From: Alphaproteobacteria bacterium
GTDB taxonomy: Bacteria > Pseudomonadota > Alphaproteobacteria > GCA-2746255
Assembly: GCA_965249135.1 (NCBI GenBank)
Contig: OZ252220.1
Span: 512,001-576,000, forward strand
Length of the DNA: 64,000 bases
Reading direction: 5' to 3'
Position 1 is the first letter of the stretch. Each line of letters starts with the position of its first letter. Of the stretch, positions 1-10,843 are shown piece after piece. A program made the position numbers and the translations under genes. A model generated the notes under the pieces. The model had not been told where the DNA came from. It did no database searches and saw only the letters and a program-made list of their open reading frames with translations.

Positions 1-754
1 TTGTCGAGAAAAACCCGCCGTTCCGCGAAGGGAAGGCCGATTTCGCTCGCCAGCTTTTCTGCGACGGTGTCCGCGCTCGTTCGGGAATCGATGAACAGAA
101 GGCCGCGAGTTTTCAATTCTTGAAAGACCAGGGCCAATTGTTCCGCATCCTTCGTGAATTTGCTGCCCATGTGGTTGTTGATGCCGACATAATGGTCGAA
201 ACGATCGAGATTCCAACGAAGCCGTTCCAGGATCTCTTGGGATTACATATGGGTCATCAGCGCCTGCGGCCCGGGGTCTCCCAGCTTCCCCTCCGGCTCC
301 ATCGGAACGTGAACGAGCAATTCGTGCCCGGCTTTGCGCGCGCTTGCCGCTTGTTCCGGTAGTTTGGACGCATAGGGAAGAAAGGCGAGCGTAAGTGGCC
401 CCGGCAGCCCGATTGCCATCCTTGCGCGCACTTGATTGAGACCAAGGTCATCGACGATGATGGCGATGAGCGGCTTTTCGCCGTTTTCAGAGACCAAAGC
501 GGCGTTTCGTATCCATGATGGCTGTGCGCCGCCGCCCGGCAGGAAGTTGCCCGGCCTTGCCGGCGGCAAGCTCACGACCTTGAGGCCGGGCTGCGGGCTT
601 AAGGCTTTTTGCCCGCCCCCAGTTTCGCCGCGGAAGGCGCATCGGCAAAAAGGGCCGTGAGACCGGCGCCGATTGCCAAACTGGCACCTAAGCAAAGGAG
701 GGTAACGAGCGCCAATGCCCAAGGCGTCGCCGCTTTTTGCTTATCTTCACCCAT
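1..754 (-). pseudogene. Divergent polysaccharide deacetylase family protein (YibQ-like), disrupted; runs off the window start
   Basis: ATG at 754 gives an N-terminal TM segment (WALALVTLLCLGASLAIGAG). A frameshift near 600-620 leads into IAIIVDDLG..LTLAFLPY..GHELLVHVPMEP. After an in-frame TAA at 243-245 the same frame continues SQEILERLRWNLDRFDHYVGINNHMGSKFT..GLLFIDSRTS..RRVFLD, which are family motifs. Confidence 0.85.
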
Positions 755-1172
755 GCATTTCGTCGGAAAACTGATCTTCCGTCTCACCGTCGGCAAGCTC
801 GTTCAGGATTGGGCATTCCGGACGCACATCGCCATGGCACCGTTCCGTGAGATCGAAGAGAATCTCACGAATTCCCTCCAACTCACGGATACGTTGCTCG
901 ATCCTTGAAATTTGCCAAACGGCCAGTTCTTTCACCTCGCCGCTCGAACGCTGCTGATCCCGCCATAGCGTCAGCAGATTTGCGACGTCATCGACGGAAA
1001 AACCCAACCTGCGTGAGCGTTGAACGAAACGCAAGGTCGCAACGTCGCTTGCCGTATAGATTCGATAGCCACTCGTGGAGCGGTGGGCCTCGGGAATAAG
1101 ACCGATCGATTCGTAATAGCGAATCGTTTTTGCCGGCAGGCCGGATTTTTCGGATACTTCGCCGATATTCAT
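747..1172 (-). CDS. cueR: Cu(I)-responsive MerR-family regulator CueR
   Basis: MNIGEVSEKSGLPAKTIRYYESIGL HTH; C-terminal CHGDVRPECP metal loop; ATG overlaps the copA stop (ATGA). Confidence 0.95.
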   Translation of the reverse strand: MNIGEVSEKSGLPAKTIRYYESIGLIPEAHRSTSGYRIYTASDVATLRFVQRSRRLGFSVDDVANLLTLWRDQQRSSGEVKELAVWQISRIEQRIRELEGIREILFDLTERCHGDVRPECPILNELADGETEDQFSDEMHG

Positions 1173-3421
1173 GTCTTTTGCTCCGCGTTTCCGTTTAAGG
1201 GACGCCAGCGTGCAAGCAGCAAAGAATTTGAAACGACGCTTACGCTGCTGAATGCCATCGCGCCGCCTGCAATAATTGGGCTTAGCAGACCGGTTGCCGC
1301 AAGCGGAATGCCGATGACATTGTAGATGAAGGCCCAAAAAAGATTTTGCCAGATTTTTGAAACCGTCGCGCGCGAGATTCGAATGGTTTCCGGAAGCAAA
1401 AGCGGCTCACCCCGCATCAGGGTCACGCCGGCAGCCTCCATGGCGACGTCCGTTCCCGTTCCCATCGCAATCCCGACATCGGCTGCGGCAAGGGCCGGCG
1501 CATCGTTGATGCCGTCACCGACCATGGCGACGACCTCCCCTTCCTCCCGAAGCCTCACGACTTCGGCGATCTTTTGCTCCGGCAGGACTTCGGCGAGGAC
1601 CCGGTCAATGCCGAGCTTCCCGGCGACAGCGGCAGCGGTGCGGTGATTGTCGCCGGTCATCATGGCGACCGCGATTCCCATCTCCTTAAGCCGCCTAAGC
1701 GCGTCCACCGCCTGTGGCCGAATGGGGTCGCTGGCAACGATGGCGCCGAGAAGGCGCGGTCTATCCCCGGCAAGCGCCACCCACATGACGGTGGCGCCAA
1801 GGGATTCGAATTCGGCCGCCTGTTCTTCGAGTTTATCCGTCGGAATTTCCGATTCGGCCATCAGTTTCCGGTTCCCGATGACCAGCCGTTCGCCATCGAC
1901 GACGGCCTCGAGGCCGCGTCCGGTAAGGCTTCGAAAACGCGCAAGCGGTTTCAGTTGCTTGCCTTCTGCCGCTTCGAGAATCGCACGCGCCAAGGGATGT
2001 TCGCTTCCCTGCTGGGCCGAGGCGGCAAGCAGCAAGATCGCTTCTTCATCTGCCCCCTCAACGGCCAGCACGTTGGAGACCTTGGGATGGCCTTCCGTCA
2101 AGGTTCCGGTCTTATCGAGTGTAATGAGCGTCACTTTGCGCGTTTGCTCAAGCGCTTCCACGTCCTTGATCAGGATCCCGCTGCGCGCCGCCGCCCCCAT
2201 GCCGGCGACGATCGCCGTCGGTGTCGCAAGACCAAGCGCACAGGGACAGGCGATCACGAGGACGGAAACGGCTGCGATCACGGCGAGGCCGATGGCGCCG
2301 GTGAAAAGCCATTGGGCGCCGAAGGTGAAGACGGCGACGAGTAATACCGCCGGGACAAAGACGGCGCTTACCTGATCGACCAGCTTTTGAACGGGTGCCC
2401 GGCTGGCCTGGGCGCCTTCGACCAGGCGGATGATCTTGGCAAGCGTCGTCTCGGCGCCGATGCGTGTCGTCGTCACGCGCAAGAGTCCGGAGCCATTCAG
2501 CGAACCGCCGGTGACTTGGTCACCCTTTCCTTTCTCAACCGGGTGGCTTTCTCCGGTAATCAGCGATTCGTCCACCTCGCTTTCGCCGTCGAGTATCTCG
2601 CCATCGACGGGCAGGCGTTCGCCGGGCCGAACCAAGACGACGTCTCCGACGGCCAGGGTGTCGACGGGCACTTCGATTTCCTCGCCATCTCTTAAAATGT
2701 GCGCCGTCTCGGGCCGCAGTTTCGCGAGCGCGCGAATGGCCGCCGATGTCCCCTGCTTGGCGCGGTTTTCCAGCCACTTGCCGAACAGAACCAGGGTAAT
2801 GATGATGGCCGAGGCCTCGAAGTAGAGCTCCCCCGCCCCTTGGGCCTCCGGCCAAAGGATGCGGTAGGTGCTGAGGCCATAGGCGGCCGAGGTACCAAGG
2901 GCGACAAGCTGATCCATCGTCCCGTTTCCATGGCGAAGCGCACGCCACGCGGCCTGGTAGAAATGCCAGCCCACGCCGAATTGAACGAGGCTCGCAAGCC
3001 CCATCTGAACCACTGGCTGGAGATGGAATGGAAGGCCCATAAACCCGCTCGCCATTTGGGCGGCGAGCGGCAGCGTGAGCAAGATGGACGCGATGAGGAA
3101 ACCGGATTGGCGGCGCAAGCGCGCGCGTGCGTCGGCCTCTTCCTTCGAGACCGCGCTCGGCAGCGGAACCGCATAGCCTACTTTACGCACCGCATCGGCG
3201 ATCCGGGCAAGGTCGACCCGGCTGGGATCGATGCGAATATCGGCGCGTTCCAGCGTGAAGCTCACCTGGGCGGCAAGGACTCCGGGAAGTGCCAGAAGCG
3301 CCTTCTCGACGTGATTGGCGCAGCCGGCACAGGTCATTCCCTTTATGGCGAGGGACAATTCCTGGCCTTCATAAGCCTCGTCTTTCGGCGTAAGCTCCCG
3401 GGCCTTCGCGGGGAACGTCAT
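1169..3421 (-). CDS. copA: Copper-translocating P1B-1 type ATPase
   Basis: GMTCAGC HMA domain, TGES, CPC, DKTGT, SEHP, GDGINDAP, YN and MAFSS Cu(I) motifs; adjacent to cueR. Confidence 0.96.
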   Translation of the reverse strand: MTFPAKARELTPKDEAYEGQELSLAIKGMTCAGCANHVEKALLALPGVLAAQVSFTLERADIRIDPSRVDLARIADAVRKVGYAVPLPSAVSKEEADARARLRRQSGFLIASILLTLPLAAQMASGFMGLPFHLQPVVQMGLASLVQFGVGWHFYQAAWRALRHGNGTMDQLVALGTSAAYGLSTYRILWPEAQGAGELYFEASAIIITLVLFGKWLENRAKQGTSAAIRALAKLRPETAHILRDGEEIEVPVDTLAVGDVVLVRPGERLPVDGEILDGESEVDESLITGESHPVEKGKGDQVTGGSLNGSGLLRVTTTRIGAETTLAKIIRLVEGAQASRAPVQKLVDQVSAVFVPAVLLVAVFTFGAQWLFTGAIGLAVIAAVSVLVIACPCALGLATPTAIVAGMGAAARSGILIKDVEALEQTRKVTLITLDKTGTLTEGHPKVSNVLAVEGADEEAILLLAASAQQGSEHPLARAILEAAEGKQLKPLARFRSLTGRGLEAVVDGERLVIGNRKLMAESEIPTDKLEEQAAEFESLGATVMWVALAGDRPRLLGAIVASDPIRPQAVDALRRLKEMGIAVAMMTGDNHRTAAAVAGKLGIDRVLAEVLPEQKIAEVVRLREEGEVVAMVGDGINDAPALAAADVGIAMGTGTDVAMEAAGVTLMRGEPLLLPETIRISRATVSKIWQNLFWAFIYNVIGIPLAATGLLSPIIAGGAMAFSSVSVVSNSLLLARWRPLNGNAEQKT

Positions 3422-3463
3422 GGCTTCACACTAAACCTTCCAGGCTTCACACTAAACCTTCCA
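3422..3463. repeat. Perfect 21-bp tandem duplication between the copA promoter and start codon
   Basis: GGCTTCACACTAAACCTTCCA at 3422-3442 and 3443-3463. Confidence 0.97.
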
Positions 3464-3479
3464 GTAGCTAGAAGGTCAA
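3449..3479 (-). promoter_or_regulatory. CueR-activated sigma70 promoter of copA with CueR operator
   Basis: Minus strand TTGACC (3479-3474), 19-bp spacer, TAGTGT (3454-3449). Dyad ACCTTC-N9-GAAGGT at 3456-3476 matches the CueR box. A 19-bp spacer is the MerR-family hallmark. Confidence 0.92.
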
Positions 3480-3620
3480 GGCTACTGTCTGGTGAAACGA
3501 ATAGAAATACCGCACTTCGGCGTTTAAGCGATTATTTGAACTTTTCGGCCAGAAACAAGGCCGACAGAATCATAAGATTCCTCTAGAATGAGTGTAAAAA
3601 ATTAAGTTTAACTTATTGAT

Positions 3621-4199
3621 ATGTATTTATTAATTGATAACTACGACAGCTTTGTTTACAATCTTTACCACTATTTCGGCGAGCTGGATGCCGAAATGGA
3701 GGTGAAGCGCAACGACGCGATTGCCGTCGCGGAGGCTCTCGCCCTCAAACCGAAGGGGATCGTCATCTCGCCGGGCCCCTGCGACCCGGACCAGGCGGGG
3801 ATTTGCCTAGCGCTCATCGAAACCGCCGCCGGCAAGCTCCCGATCCTGGGCGTTTGCCTTGGCCATCAGGCGATTGGCCAGGCGATGGGCGGAAAGGTCA
3901 TCCGGGCACCGGTACCGATGCATGGCAAGGTCAGCGAGATCCATCACACCGGCTCGGACGTCTTCCAGGGGTTGCCCAATCCCTTCCCGGCGACCCGCTA
4001 CCATTCCCTGATCGTCGAGCGTAAAACCTTGCCCGATTGCCTGCGCGTCACGGCGGAGACGGAGGATGGCCTGATCATGGGTCTCGCCCACAAGGATTTG
4101 CCGATCTACGGCGTCCAGTTTCATCCGGAAAGCATCGCTTCCGAGCATGGCCACACGGTGCTTCAAAACTTCCTCACCCTTGCCGCAGGCACGGTCTGA
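3621..4199 (+). CDS. trpG: Anthranilate synthase component II (glutamine amidotransferase)
   Basis: IDNYDSF, SPGPC, GVCLGHQ, RYHSL, VQFHPES; directly upstream of trpD. Confidence 0.93.
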   Translation: MYLLIDNYDSFVYNLYHYFGELDAEMEVKRNDAIAVAEALALKPKGIVISPGPCDPDQAGICLALIETAAGKLPILGVCLGHQAIGQAMGGKVIRAPVPMHGKVSEIHHTGSDVFQGLPNPFPATRYHSLIVERKTLPDCLRVTAETEDGLIMGLAHKDLPIYGVQFHPESIASEHGHTVLQNFLTLAAGTV

Positions 4200-4200
4200 A

Positions 4201-5238
4201 ATGGCTCAAGCGGAAAACGCGCTGCGCCCATTGCTCGCGAAAGTCGCCGACGGCATCGCGCTCAACGAAGCGGAAGCAGCGAAAGCCTTTCGGATCCTGA
4301 TGACCGGCCAAGCGACCCCCGGCCAGATCGGGGCCTTTCTGATGGCGCTTCGCACGCGCGGCGAGACCGTCGAGGAAATCACGGGCGCCGCCCGCGTGCT
4401 GCGCAAGCAGGCCCTTTCCATCAAGGCGCCGAAAGGGGCCATCGACACCTGCGGAACTGGTGGCGATGGCTTGGGCACGCAAAACATATCGACGGCCGCG
4501 GCCCTCGTCGTTGCCGGCGCCGGCGTGCCGGTCGCCAAACATGGGAACCGCGCCCTTTCGTCGAAGTCCGGTTCGGCGGATGCGCTCGAGGCACTTGGCG
4601 TCAAGCTGAGGGTGGATCCGAAGCGAGTCGAACGCGCCCTTCAGCAAGCGAAAATCGGTTTTCTGTTCGCGCCGCGGCATCATCAGGCGATGCGTCACGT
4701 CGCAGGCGTGCGCAAGGAACTTGGCACCCGAACCGTCTTCAACCTGCTGGGGCCGCTTGCCAATCCGGCCGGCGCGAAGCGTCAGCTTCTCGGTGTCTAT
4801 TCGCCAGATTGGGTCGCGCCGATGGCGCGGGTATTGAAGAAGCTCGGCACGACGCGAGCCTGGGTCGTGCATGGCAAGGACGGCCTCGATGAACTGACGA
4901 CGACGACCACCACCACCGTCGCCGCCCTTTCCAAAGGGCGGATACGCAGCTTCGAGATCGCACCGGAAGATGCCGGTCTTGCCCGGGCAAAACCGGCCGC
5001 GCTTAAAGGGGGCGATGCGCGCGCCAATGCGAACGCAATTTTGAGACTGCTCGCGGGCGGCCACGGTCCGTTCCGGGATGTCGTGCTGCTCAATGCGGCA
5101 GCAGCCCTCGTCATTGCCGAAAAAGCCAGGAATTTGAAACAGGGCGTGGCGCTTGCCACGGATGCAATCGATACTGGAGCCGCACAGTTGAGCCTTCGCA
5201 AGCTCGTTGAGATCACCAACGCCGGGAAAGCCAGGTGA
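4201..5238 (+). CDS. trpD: Anthranilate phosphoribosyltransferase
   Basis: [34 protein letters not shown] motifs; ATG at 4201. Confidence 0.96.
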   Translation: MAQAENALRPLLAKVADGIALNEAEAAKAFRILMTGQATPGQIGAFLMALRTRGETVEEITGAARVLRKQALSIKAPKGAIDTCGTGGDGLGTQNISTAAALVVAGAGVPVAKHGNRALSSKSGSADALEALGVKLRVDPKRVERALQQAKIGFLFAPRHHQAMRHVAGVRKELGTRTVFNLLGPLANPAGAKRQLLGVYSPDWVAPMARVLKKLGTTRAWVVHGKDGLDELTTTTTTTVAALSKGRIRSFEIAPEDAGLARAKPAALKGGDARANANAILRLLAGGHGPFRDVVLLNAAAALVIAEKARNLKQGVALATDAIDTGAAQLSLRKLVEITNAGKAR

Positions 5239-6053
5239 GCGGAACCTTGAGTCGCATTTGCGCCGAAAAGCGCGAACACGTCGCCCGCTGTCGGGAAGAA
5301 CGCCCATTGCCGGAGGTAATCGTGCTGGCGGAGGCCGCCTCACCTACCCGTGGCTTTCTGCAGCAGCTCGCGCAAGCCAAGGCGGCCGGCCGAACCGGCC
5401 TGATCGCCGAGATCAAACGCGCGTCTCCAAGCCAGGGTTTGATCCGCAAGGATTTCGATGCGGTCAGTCTTGCCAAGGCCTACGCGGCGGGAGGTGCCAG
5501 CTGTTTGTCCGTGCTTACGGACGAACCCTGGTTCCAGGGCCGGGACGACCATCTTACGCTGGCGAGGGAAGCAACCGCGCTGCCAACGCTGCGCAAGGAT
5601 TTCCTGCTCGATCCCTATCAGATATACGAGGCCCGCGCGCTGGGGGCGGACTGCGTGCTGCTCATCCTTGCCGCCTTGGACGAGGAGGAGGCCCGCCTCT
5701 TAGAAAAGACCGCGTTTGAGCTTGGCATGGACGCCCTCATCGAGGTGCATTCGAAGGCCGAGTTCGACCGCGCCCTTGCCATGCGCTCGCCGCTGATCGG
5801 CATCAACAACCGCAACCTTGAAACCCTCGAGGTGGACCTTGAAACGACGGAGCGTCTGGCGCGCCACGTGCCCGAAGACCGCCTGGTCGTCTGCGAGAGT
5901 GGCTTGGCTACGCCTCAAGACCTCGCCCGCATGGCGAAGGCGGGGGTGACGACCTTCCTGATTGGCGAATCCTTGCTCCGGCAAGCCGACGTTACTGCTG
6001 CGACCCAGACCCTGCTTGCTTCGGCCACAATCGGCCAAGCCGCGAAAGCCTGA
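5235..6053 (+). CDS. trpC: Indole-3-glycerol phosphate synthase
   Basis: [32 protein letters not shown] motifs. Confidence 0.96.
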   Translation: MSGTLSRICAEKREHVARCREERPLPEVIVLAEAASPTRGFLQQLAQAKAAGRTGLIAEIKRASPSQGLIRKDFDAVSLAKAYAAGGASCLSVLTDEPWFQGRDDHLTLAREATALPTLRKDFLLDPYQIYEARALGADCVLLILAALDEEEARLLEKTAFELGMDALIEVHSKAEFDRALAMRSPLIGINNRNLETLEVDLETTERLARHVPEDRLVVCESGLATPQDLARMAKAGVTTFLIGESLLRQADVTAATQTLLASATIGQAAKA

Positions 6054-6056
6054 TCC

Positions 6057-6536
6057 ATGGCCAAGGACTTCACCCATTTCGACGCGAAGGGAAACGCCTC
6101 CATGGTCGATGTCACGGAAAAGGAAGAGACTGAACGCACGGCGATCGCCAAGGGCTCGGTCCTCATGCAGCCCGAAACGCTCGCAAAAATCCAAGAGGGT
6201 GTCGTGAAAAAGGGCGACGTGCTTGCCGTGTCACGGCTTGCCGGCATCCAGGCGGCCAAGCGAACGGCGGATTTGATCCCGCTTTGCCATCCGTTGCCCT
6301 TAACCTCGATCGAGCTTGAGCTTGATTGCGATCCATCGCGACAGGCCGTCGACATCACGGCGACCTGCAAGCTGAAGGCACGGACCGGGGTCGAGATGGA
6401 GGCGCTGACGGCGGTCTCGGTGGCGGCCTTGACCATCTACGACATGTGCAAGGCGCTCGACCGTGCAATGAAGCTTACCGATATTCGCCTTGTCCATAAA
6501 TCCGGAGGAAAATCCGGAACTTATGAATCATCTTGA
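6057..6536 (+). CDS. moaC: Cyclic pyranopterin monophosphate synthase MoaC
   Basis: [29 protein letters not shown] motifs. Confidence 0.97.
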   Translation: MAKDFTHFDAKGNASMVDVTEKEETERTAIAKGSVLMQPETLAKIQEGVVKKGDVLAVSRLAGIQAAKRTADLIPLCHPLPLTSIELELDCDPSRQAVDITATCKLKARTGVEMEALTAVSVAALTIYDMCKALDRAMKLTDIRLVHKSGGKSGTYESS

Positions 6537-7750
6537 TGATATCAGTTGAAGAAGCGGTCGCAAAAATCCGGGCCAGCTTAAAGCCCCTTCCGGTGGAAAA
6601 AATTGCGCTTTCCGATGGCTTGAACCGCGTCCTTGCCGAGGATTTGGTGGCCGAGCGGGATCAGCCGCCGCTCGCCGTCTCGGCGATGGATGGCTATGCC
6701 GTGCGCGCCGTCGATACCACCAGCGTGCCGGTGACCCTCTCCCAGATCGGCGAAAGCCGGGCCGGCCTTGCCTTCGAAGGCAGCATCGGCGCAAACGAGG
6801 CGGTCCGTATCTTTACCGGCGCGCCCCTGCCGATTGGTGCGGATGCGATCGTCATCCAGGAGGTGACGGAACGGACCGAAGACCGCGTCCTCGTCAAGGA
6901 AGGGGTGCCAGAAGGGCATTTCGTCCGGCCGACCGGCCTTGATTTCCGCAAAGGCGATATTCTCCTTCAGGCAGGGACTCCCCTCACCCCCCGCGCGCTG
7001 GGCCTGGCCGCGGCGATGAACCGGGCGTCGCTTGCCGTGCGGCGAAGGCCGAGAGTCGCCATCCTGAGCACGGGAGATGAGCTCGTCGAACCGGGCGGCA
7101 CGTTGAAGCCGACGCAGAACGTGAATTCGAATGCGCACACGCTTTCCTCGCTCGTGCGTGTGCTGGGTGGCGAGCCGGTTCCGCTCGGCATTGCCCAGGA
7201 TACCCGTTCCTCCCTGCTCGCGCTCGTGCAAGGGGCGGCAGAAGTGGACCTGCTCGTCACTTCCGGCGGCGCTTCCGTCGGCGACCACGACCTCGTGCGA
7301 AGCGTGCTTGGCGAGGAAGGTCTCGAGCTTGATTTCTGGGGCGTCGCCGCACGGCCTGGAAAACCCACCCTGTTTGGGCGCCTCAAGGGCACACCGCTGT
7401 TAGGCCTGCCCGGCAATCCGGTCTCGACGGTGGTGGGCGGGATCCTTTTCCTGCGCCCAGCCCTTGAAGCCTTGCTCGGCGTGCCTGCCGGCACGGAACC
7501 GCCGGAGCAGGCCAAGCTCACCGTGGCCTTGGAAAGGAACGGCCCGAGAGCGGCCTATTTGAGCGCCAAAAGCGAGCGCGAAGTGGACGGGAGTCACCGC
7601 GTTACCCCCTTTCCCCAACAGGACAGCTCGATGCTGGCCCAGGTCGTCGCCGCGGATTGCCTGGTCATCCGGCCGGCCGACGCGCCCGCCGCCAGCGCCG
7701 GGGAGAGCGTCGAAATACTCCGGCTGATCGGGGGGCTGATCGGGGGCTGA
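6536..7750 (+). CDS. moeA: Molybdopterin molybdotransferase MoeA
   Basis: SAMDGYA, RIFTGAP, STGDEL, TSGGASVGD, GLPGNPVS, QDSS motifs. Confidence 0.96.
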   Translation: MISVEEAVAKIRASLKPLPVEKIALSDGLNRVLAEDLVAERDQPPLAVSAMDGYAVRAVDTTSVPVTLSQIGESRAGLAFEGSIGANEAVRIFTGAPLPIGADAIVIQEVTERTEDRVLVKEGVPEGHFVRPTGLDFRKGDILLQAGTPLTPRALGLAAAMNRASLAVRRRPRVAILSTGDELVEPGGTLKPTQNVNSNAHTLSSLVRVLGGEPVPLGIAQDTRSSLLALVQGAAEVDLLVTSGGASVGDHDLVRSVLGEEGLELDFWGVAARPGKPTLFGRLKGTPLLGLPGNPVSTVVGGILFLRPALEALLGVPAGTEPPEQAKLTVALERNGPRAAYLSAKSEREVDGSHRVTPFPQQDSSMLAQVVAADCLVIRPADAPAASAGESVEILRLIGGLIGG

Positions 7751-7755
7751 TCGGG
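7724..7755. repeat. Three tandem CTGATC-G(n) units across the moeA stop
   Basis: CTGATC-G6, CTGATC-G5, CTGATC-G3; encodes LIGGLIGG-stop. Confidence 0.8.
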
Positions 7756-7807
7756 TTCGCCGCCGGCCTTTCGCCCAAAAGCAAGGCGATTGGGGCTGCC
7801 GGACCCC

Positions 7808-7860
7808 TTGACGCGCAACCAGAACCAAAGTAGAACATGCAAAAGGTTTTCCTTTTGTTC
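7808..7860 (+). promoter_or_regulatory. lexA promoter with alphaproteobacterial SOS boxes
   Basis: TTGACG (7808-7813)-17 bp-TAGAAC (7831-7836). GAAC-N7-GAAC at 7822-7836 overlaps the -10; a degenerate GTTT-N7-GTTC lies at 7846-7860. Confidence 0.88.
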
Positions 7861-7892
7861 TATCCCGAATGGCGGCTGCCAAGGGGCGTGCG

Positions 7893-8597
7893 ATGTTGAC
7901 GAACAAGCAGCATGAACTCCTGACCTTCATCCACCGGCGTCTCGACGAAACCGGCGTCGCACCGTCCTTCGACGAGATGAAGACGGCACTTAAATTAAAA
8001 TCGAAATCCGGAATCCACCGCCTCATCACGGCGCTCGAAGAGCGCGGATTCATCCGGCGCCTGCCGCACCGGGCGCGCGCACTCGAAGTATTGAAACTAC
8101 CGGAAACCGCCGCCGGCCCACGCACACTCGCCACGAAAACCGGTCATCCCGGCAAAGTGATCCGTGGCAATTTCCGCCCCTCGCACGACGGCGAGGCGGA
8201 CGAAGCCGGCAGCGCGCCAGTGGAGCTGCCCCTTTTCGGGCGTATCGCCGCCGGCATGCCGATCGAAGCCCTTCGCGATCCAACCTCGACGATCGAAGTC
8301 CCCGGTAGCCTACTGGGTGCCGGCAATCACTATGCCCTCGAAGTGGCCGGCGATTCGATGATCGATGCCGGCATTTATGACGGCGACACCGCCGTGATCG
8401 AGGAATGCGACACGGCGGAAAGCGGCAGTATCGTCGTGGCGCTCATCGACAACGAGGAAGTCACGCTAAAACGGCTGCGTCGAAAAGGTGCCTCCATCGC
8501 GCTTGAGCCCGCGAACCAACATTACGAAACGCGGATTTTCGGCAAGGACCGCGTTCACATCCAAGGCAAACTCATCGGCCTCTACCGTCAGTACTAA
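7893..8597 (+). CDS. lexA: SOS repressor LexA
   Basis: [40 protein letters not shown]; IAAG cleavage site, GDSM serine, VTLK lysine. Confidence 0.97.
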   Translation: MLTNKQHELLTFIHRRLDETGVAPSFDEMKTALKLKSKSGIHRLITALEERGFIRRLPHRARALEVLKLPETAAGPRTLATKTGHPGKVIRGNFRPSHDGEADEAGSAPVELPLFGRIAAGMPIEALRDPTSTIEVPGSLLGAGNHYALEVAGDSMIDAGIYDGDTAVIEECDTAESGSIVVALIDNEEVTLKRLRRKGASIALEPANQHYETRIFGKDRVHIQGKLIGLYRQY

Positions 8598-10756
8598 TTC
8601 TTCTTTCGCCTTTCGGGAGCCGGTACCCAGGGGCGTTCCCCGCGTATTTCGCGCACGTTTTGGACGCGCACGGTCTCCTCTCCAAGCCAGATCGCATGTC
8701 CCCCCTTCCGCCACAGATCGAAGCGGTCGATCACGACCGCAGCCCCTTGGCAAATTTGCCCACGCACCGGCTCGCGGCTGACGACGACGGAAGCCAGGGC
8801 GCAATCCTCGGCCAACGCGCCAGGATCGAAGACCAAGGCGACCACCTGGCCATGCAGCCGGTAGACGCAGCCCAGCTCGTCGCAGGCAAGCCTGCCGTCC
8901 TCGCTCTTCCCCTCCTTCGGCCAAGGCAGGGGATCGGTCTCGCCGGCAAGGCGCAGCCAGTCCCGTCCGGCAAGCCGGGCGGATCGGCGGGAGGAAAGCC
9001 GATAGCCGCCCAATTCCGCGCGCACGGCGAAGAGCTTCCCATCGTCTGAAACGAGCACGTCCGGCGGCCGCGCCAGGCCGATCGTCAAAAGCCCGAGCGC
9101 AATGCCGAGCGCCCCGAAATAGCGCCAGTTGCCCCGCCACAGGCAAAGCCAGAGGCCGCCCAGTGTGAGCGCCGTAAGCCCCACCGCCGTCATCGAAGGC
9201 AAAAGTGCGACCGAACCCGGCCAGTTTGCCACCATGCGTGCCGTTCCGATCACCGCTTCGACTCCCCACCCCATCGGGACGAGCGCCAGCGTTTCAAGCC
9301 CGAACGGCATGAGCAGGAAGGCCACCACCGCCCAGGGCATGACCCAAAGGGCGGTGACGGGCACGGCAATCAGGTTTGCCGCGAGTCCGTATTCGGCGAA
9401 GCGGTTGAAGTGTTGAATGGCAAACGGCGCGGTGGCCAGTCCGGCAACGAGCGTCGTAAGCCCCACGCCGGCCAGATAAAGGCCGGCATGGCGAAACATG
9501 CCGCCGGCCGCCTTCCCCCGGATCCACGGCCGGCGAATCGCTTCGTAGACGGCGACGAGCGCGACGACGGCTGCGAAGGAAAGCTGGAAGGATGCGCCAA
9601 GCAGCGCGTCTGGCTGCAACAGGAGAACCACGAATGCCGCCCAGGCGACCAGGCGCATCGAGATGCCGGTCCGGTCCAGCAGCACGGCGAGCAGCACGAG
9701 GCCGATCATAAGAAACGCACGTTGGGTCGGAATCGTCGCTCCCGAAATCAGGAGGTAGAAGAAGGCCCCGAAAAGGGCCGCGATGGCCGCCCACTTCTTG
9801 ATGTGAAAGCGCAGGGCAATGGGTACTGCCAAGGCCAGGAGCGCACGGATGCCGATGAACAGGATACTGGCGACCAACCCGATGTGCAGGCCCGAAATCG
9901 CAAGCAGATGGGCAAGCCCCGAATCCCGCATGGCGGCCAGGACGTCCTTGGTAATCGACCCTCGCTTGCCGGTCATGAGGGCGGCCGCCACGGCCCCGGC
10001 CTGGCCGGAAAGCGCCGCCGTCACCCGGTCGAAGACCTTCTGGCGGATCTTCTCGATCCAACTTTCGAGGCCGCCCGCTTCCTTTCCGGCTTCCGTCTCG
10101 GACCCCTCCAGCGGCCCGATCGCAAAGCCGACGGCGCCCAACCCGTCGAAGAAGGCGTAGCGTTGAAAGTCGAAATGGCCGGGCGCCGTTGGGGCGCGGG
10201 GTGGCAGGAGCATGGCACGGACATGCACCCGCTTGCCGATACCGAGCGCTTCTCGTTGCTGATCCCGGCGAAGACGGATGCGCACACGCTTTGGCGTTTG
10301 CTCACGCGCGACCCCTTCGATACGGGGCTCGCCAAGTGTCACGCGAAAGGTATTCGGAAGAACGTCGAAATGCTCGATGCGGCCTTCGACGCGAATCATT
10401 CGCGTCTCCTTTTCGAGGACCGGTGCCGTCACCAGCAGGGTCCGAACCTTCGCCGCAGAAAAACCTGTCCCGACAACGGCCAGGGCCAGAAAAAGAAGGA
10501 ACAGCCGCTCACGTTTCCATGAAAAACCAAGGCCTAAAAGCGGCACGCCCGCCGCGAGAAGCGCCAGCCAGAGTGGCGGCTCGACCGCCAACAAAAAATA
10601 GATTGCGATTCCAAAGCCGAGTCCGACCGGCAACCATAACGGCCAGTTCTCCCGTTCCCTGGCCAGGTTTGCTGCGATGAAGCGAAACGGGCCGGGCAGA
10701 AGCCGCGGCCCTTTCACCGAAATTTCCATGGATTTGCTGGTGTCGTCCGGGTCCAT
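8594..10756 (-). CDS. comEC: ComEC/Rec2 family competence membrane protein
   Basis: [32 protein letters not shown] motifs; many TM helices; usual position between lexA and gltX. Confidence 0.92.
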   Translation of the reverse strand: MDPDDTSKSMEISVKGPRLLPGPFRFIAANLARERENWPLWLPVGLGFGIAIYFLLAVEPPLWLALLAAGVPLLGLGFSWKRERLFLLFLALAVVGTGFSAAKVRTLLVTAPVLEKETRMIRVEGRIEHFDVLPNTFRVTLGEPRIEGVAREQTPKRVRIRLRRDQQREALGIGKRVHVRAMLLPPRAPTAPGHFDFQRYAFFDGLGAVGFAIGPLEGSETEAGKEAGGLESWIEKIRQKVFDRVTAALSGQAGAVAAALMTGKRGSITKDVLAAMRDSGLAHLLAISGLHIGLVASILFIGIRALLALAVPIALRFHIKKWAAIAALFGAFFYLLISGATIPTQRAFLMIGLVLLAVLLDRTGISMRLVAWAAFVVLLLQPDALLGASFQLSFAAVVALVAVYEAIRRPWIRGKAAGGMFRHAGLYLAGVGLTTLVAGLATAPFAIQHFNRFAEYGLAANLIAVPVTALWVMPWAVVAFLLMPFGLETLALVPMGWGVEAVIGTARMVANWPGSVALLPSMTAVGLTALTLGGLWLCLWRGNWRYFGALGIALGLLTIGLARPPDVLVSDDGKLFAVRAELGGYRLSSRRSARLAGRDWLRLAGETDPLPWPKEGKSEDGRLACDELGCVYRLHGQVVALVFDPGALAEDCALASVVVSREPVRGQICQGAAVVIDRFDLWRKGGHAIWLGEETVRVQNVREIRGERPWVPAPERRKKN

Positions 10757-10843
10757 CCCAGGCTACCTACTGCAAGCTCGATCCGAATGTGTTAAACACG
10801 CGAGAGCAGCCTACTTTACAAATTCCTTCACGCATCGAAAAGC

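Noticed and set aside
243-245. Stop-codon readthrough or recoding in the deacetylase gene
   Set aside because: The codon is TAA, many other genes here end in TAA, and a second lesion exists upstream; decay or sequence error is simpler.
4897-4917. Seven-Thr run in TrpD as a contingency repeat
   Set aside because: It mixes ACG and ACC codons at a normally Thr-rich position, with no apparent length change.
10789-10799. Palindrome GTGTT-A-AACAC between comEC and gltX
   Set aside because: Too short to distinguish from chance; matches no operator I recognise.
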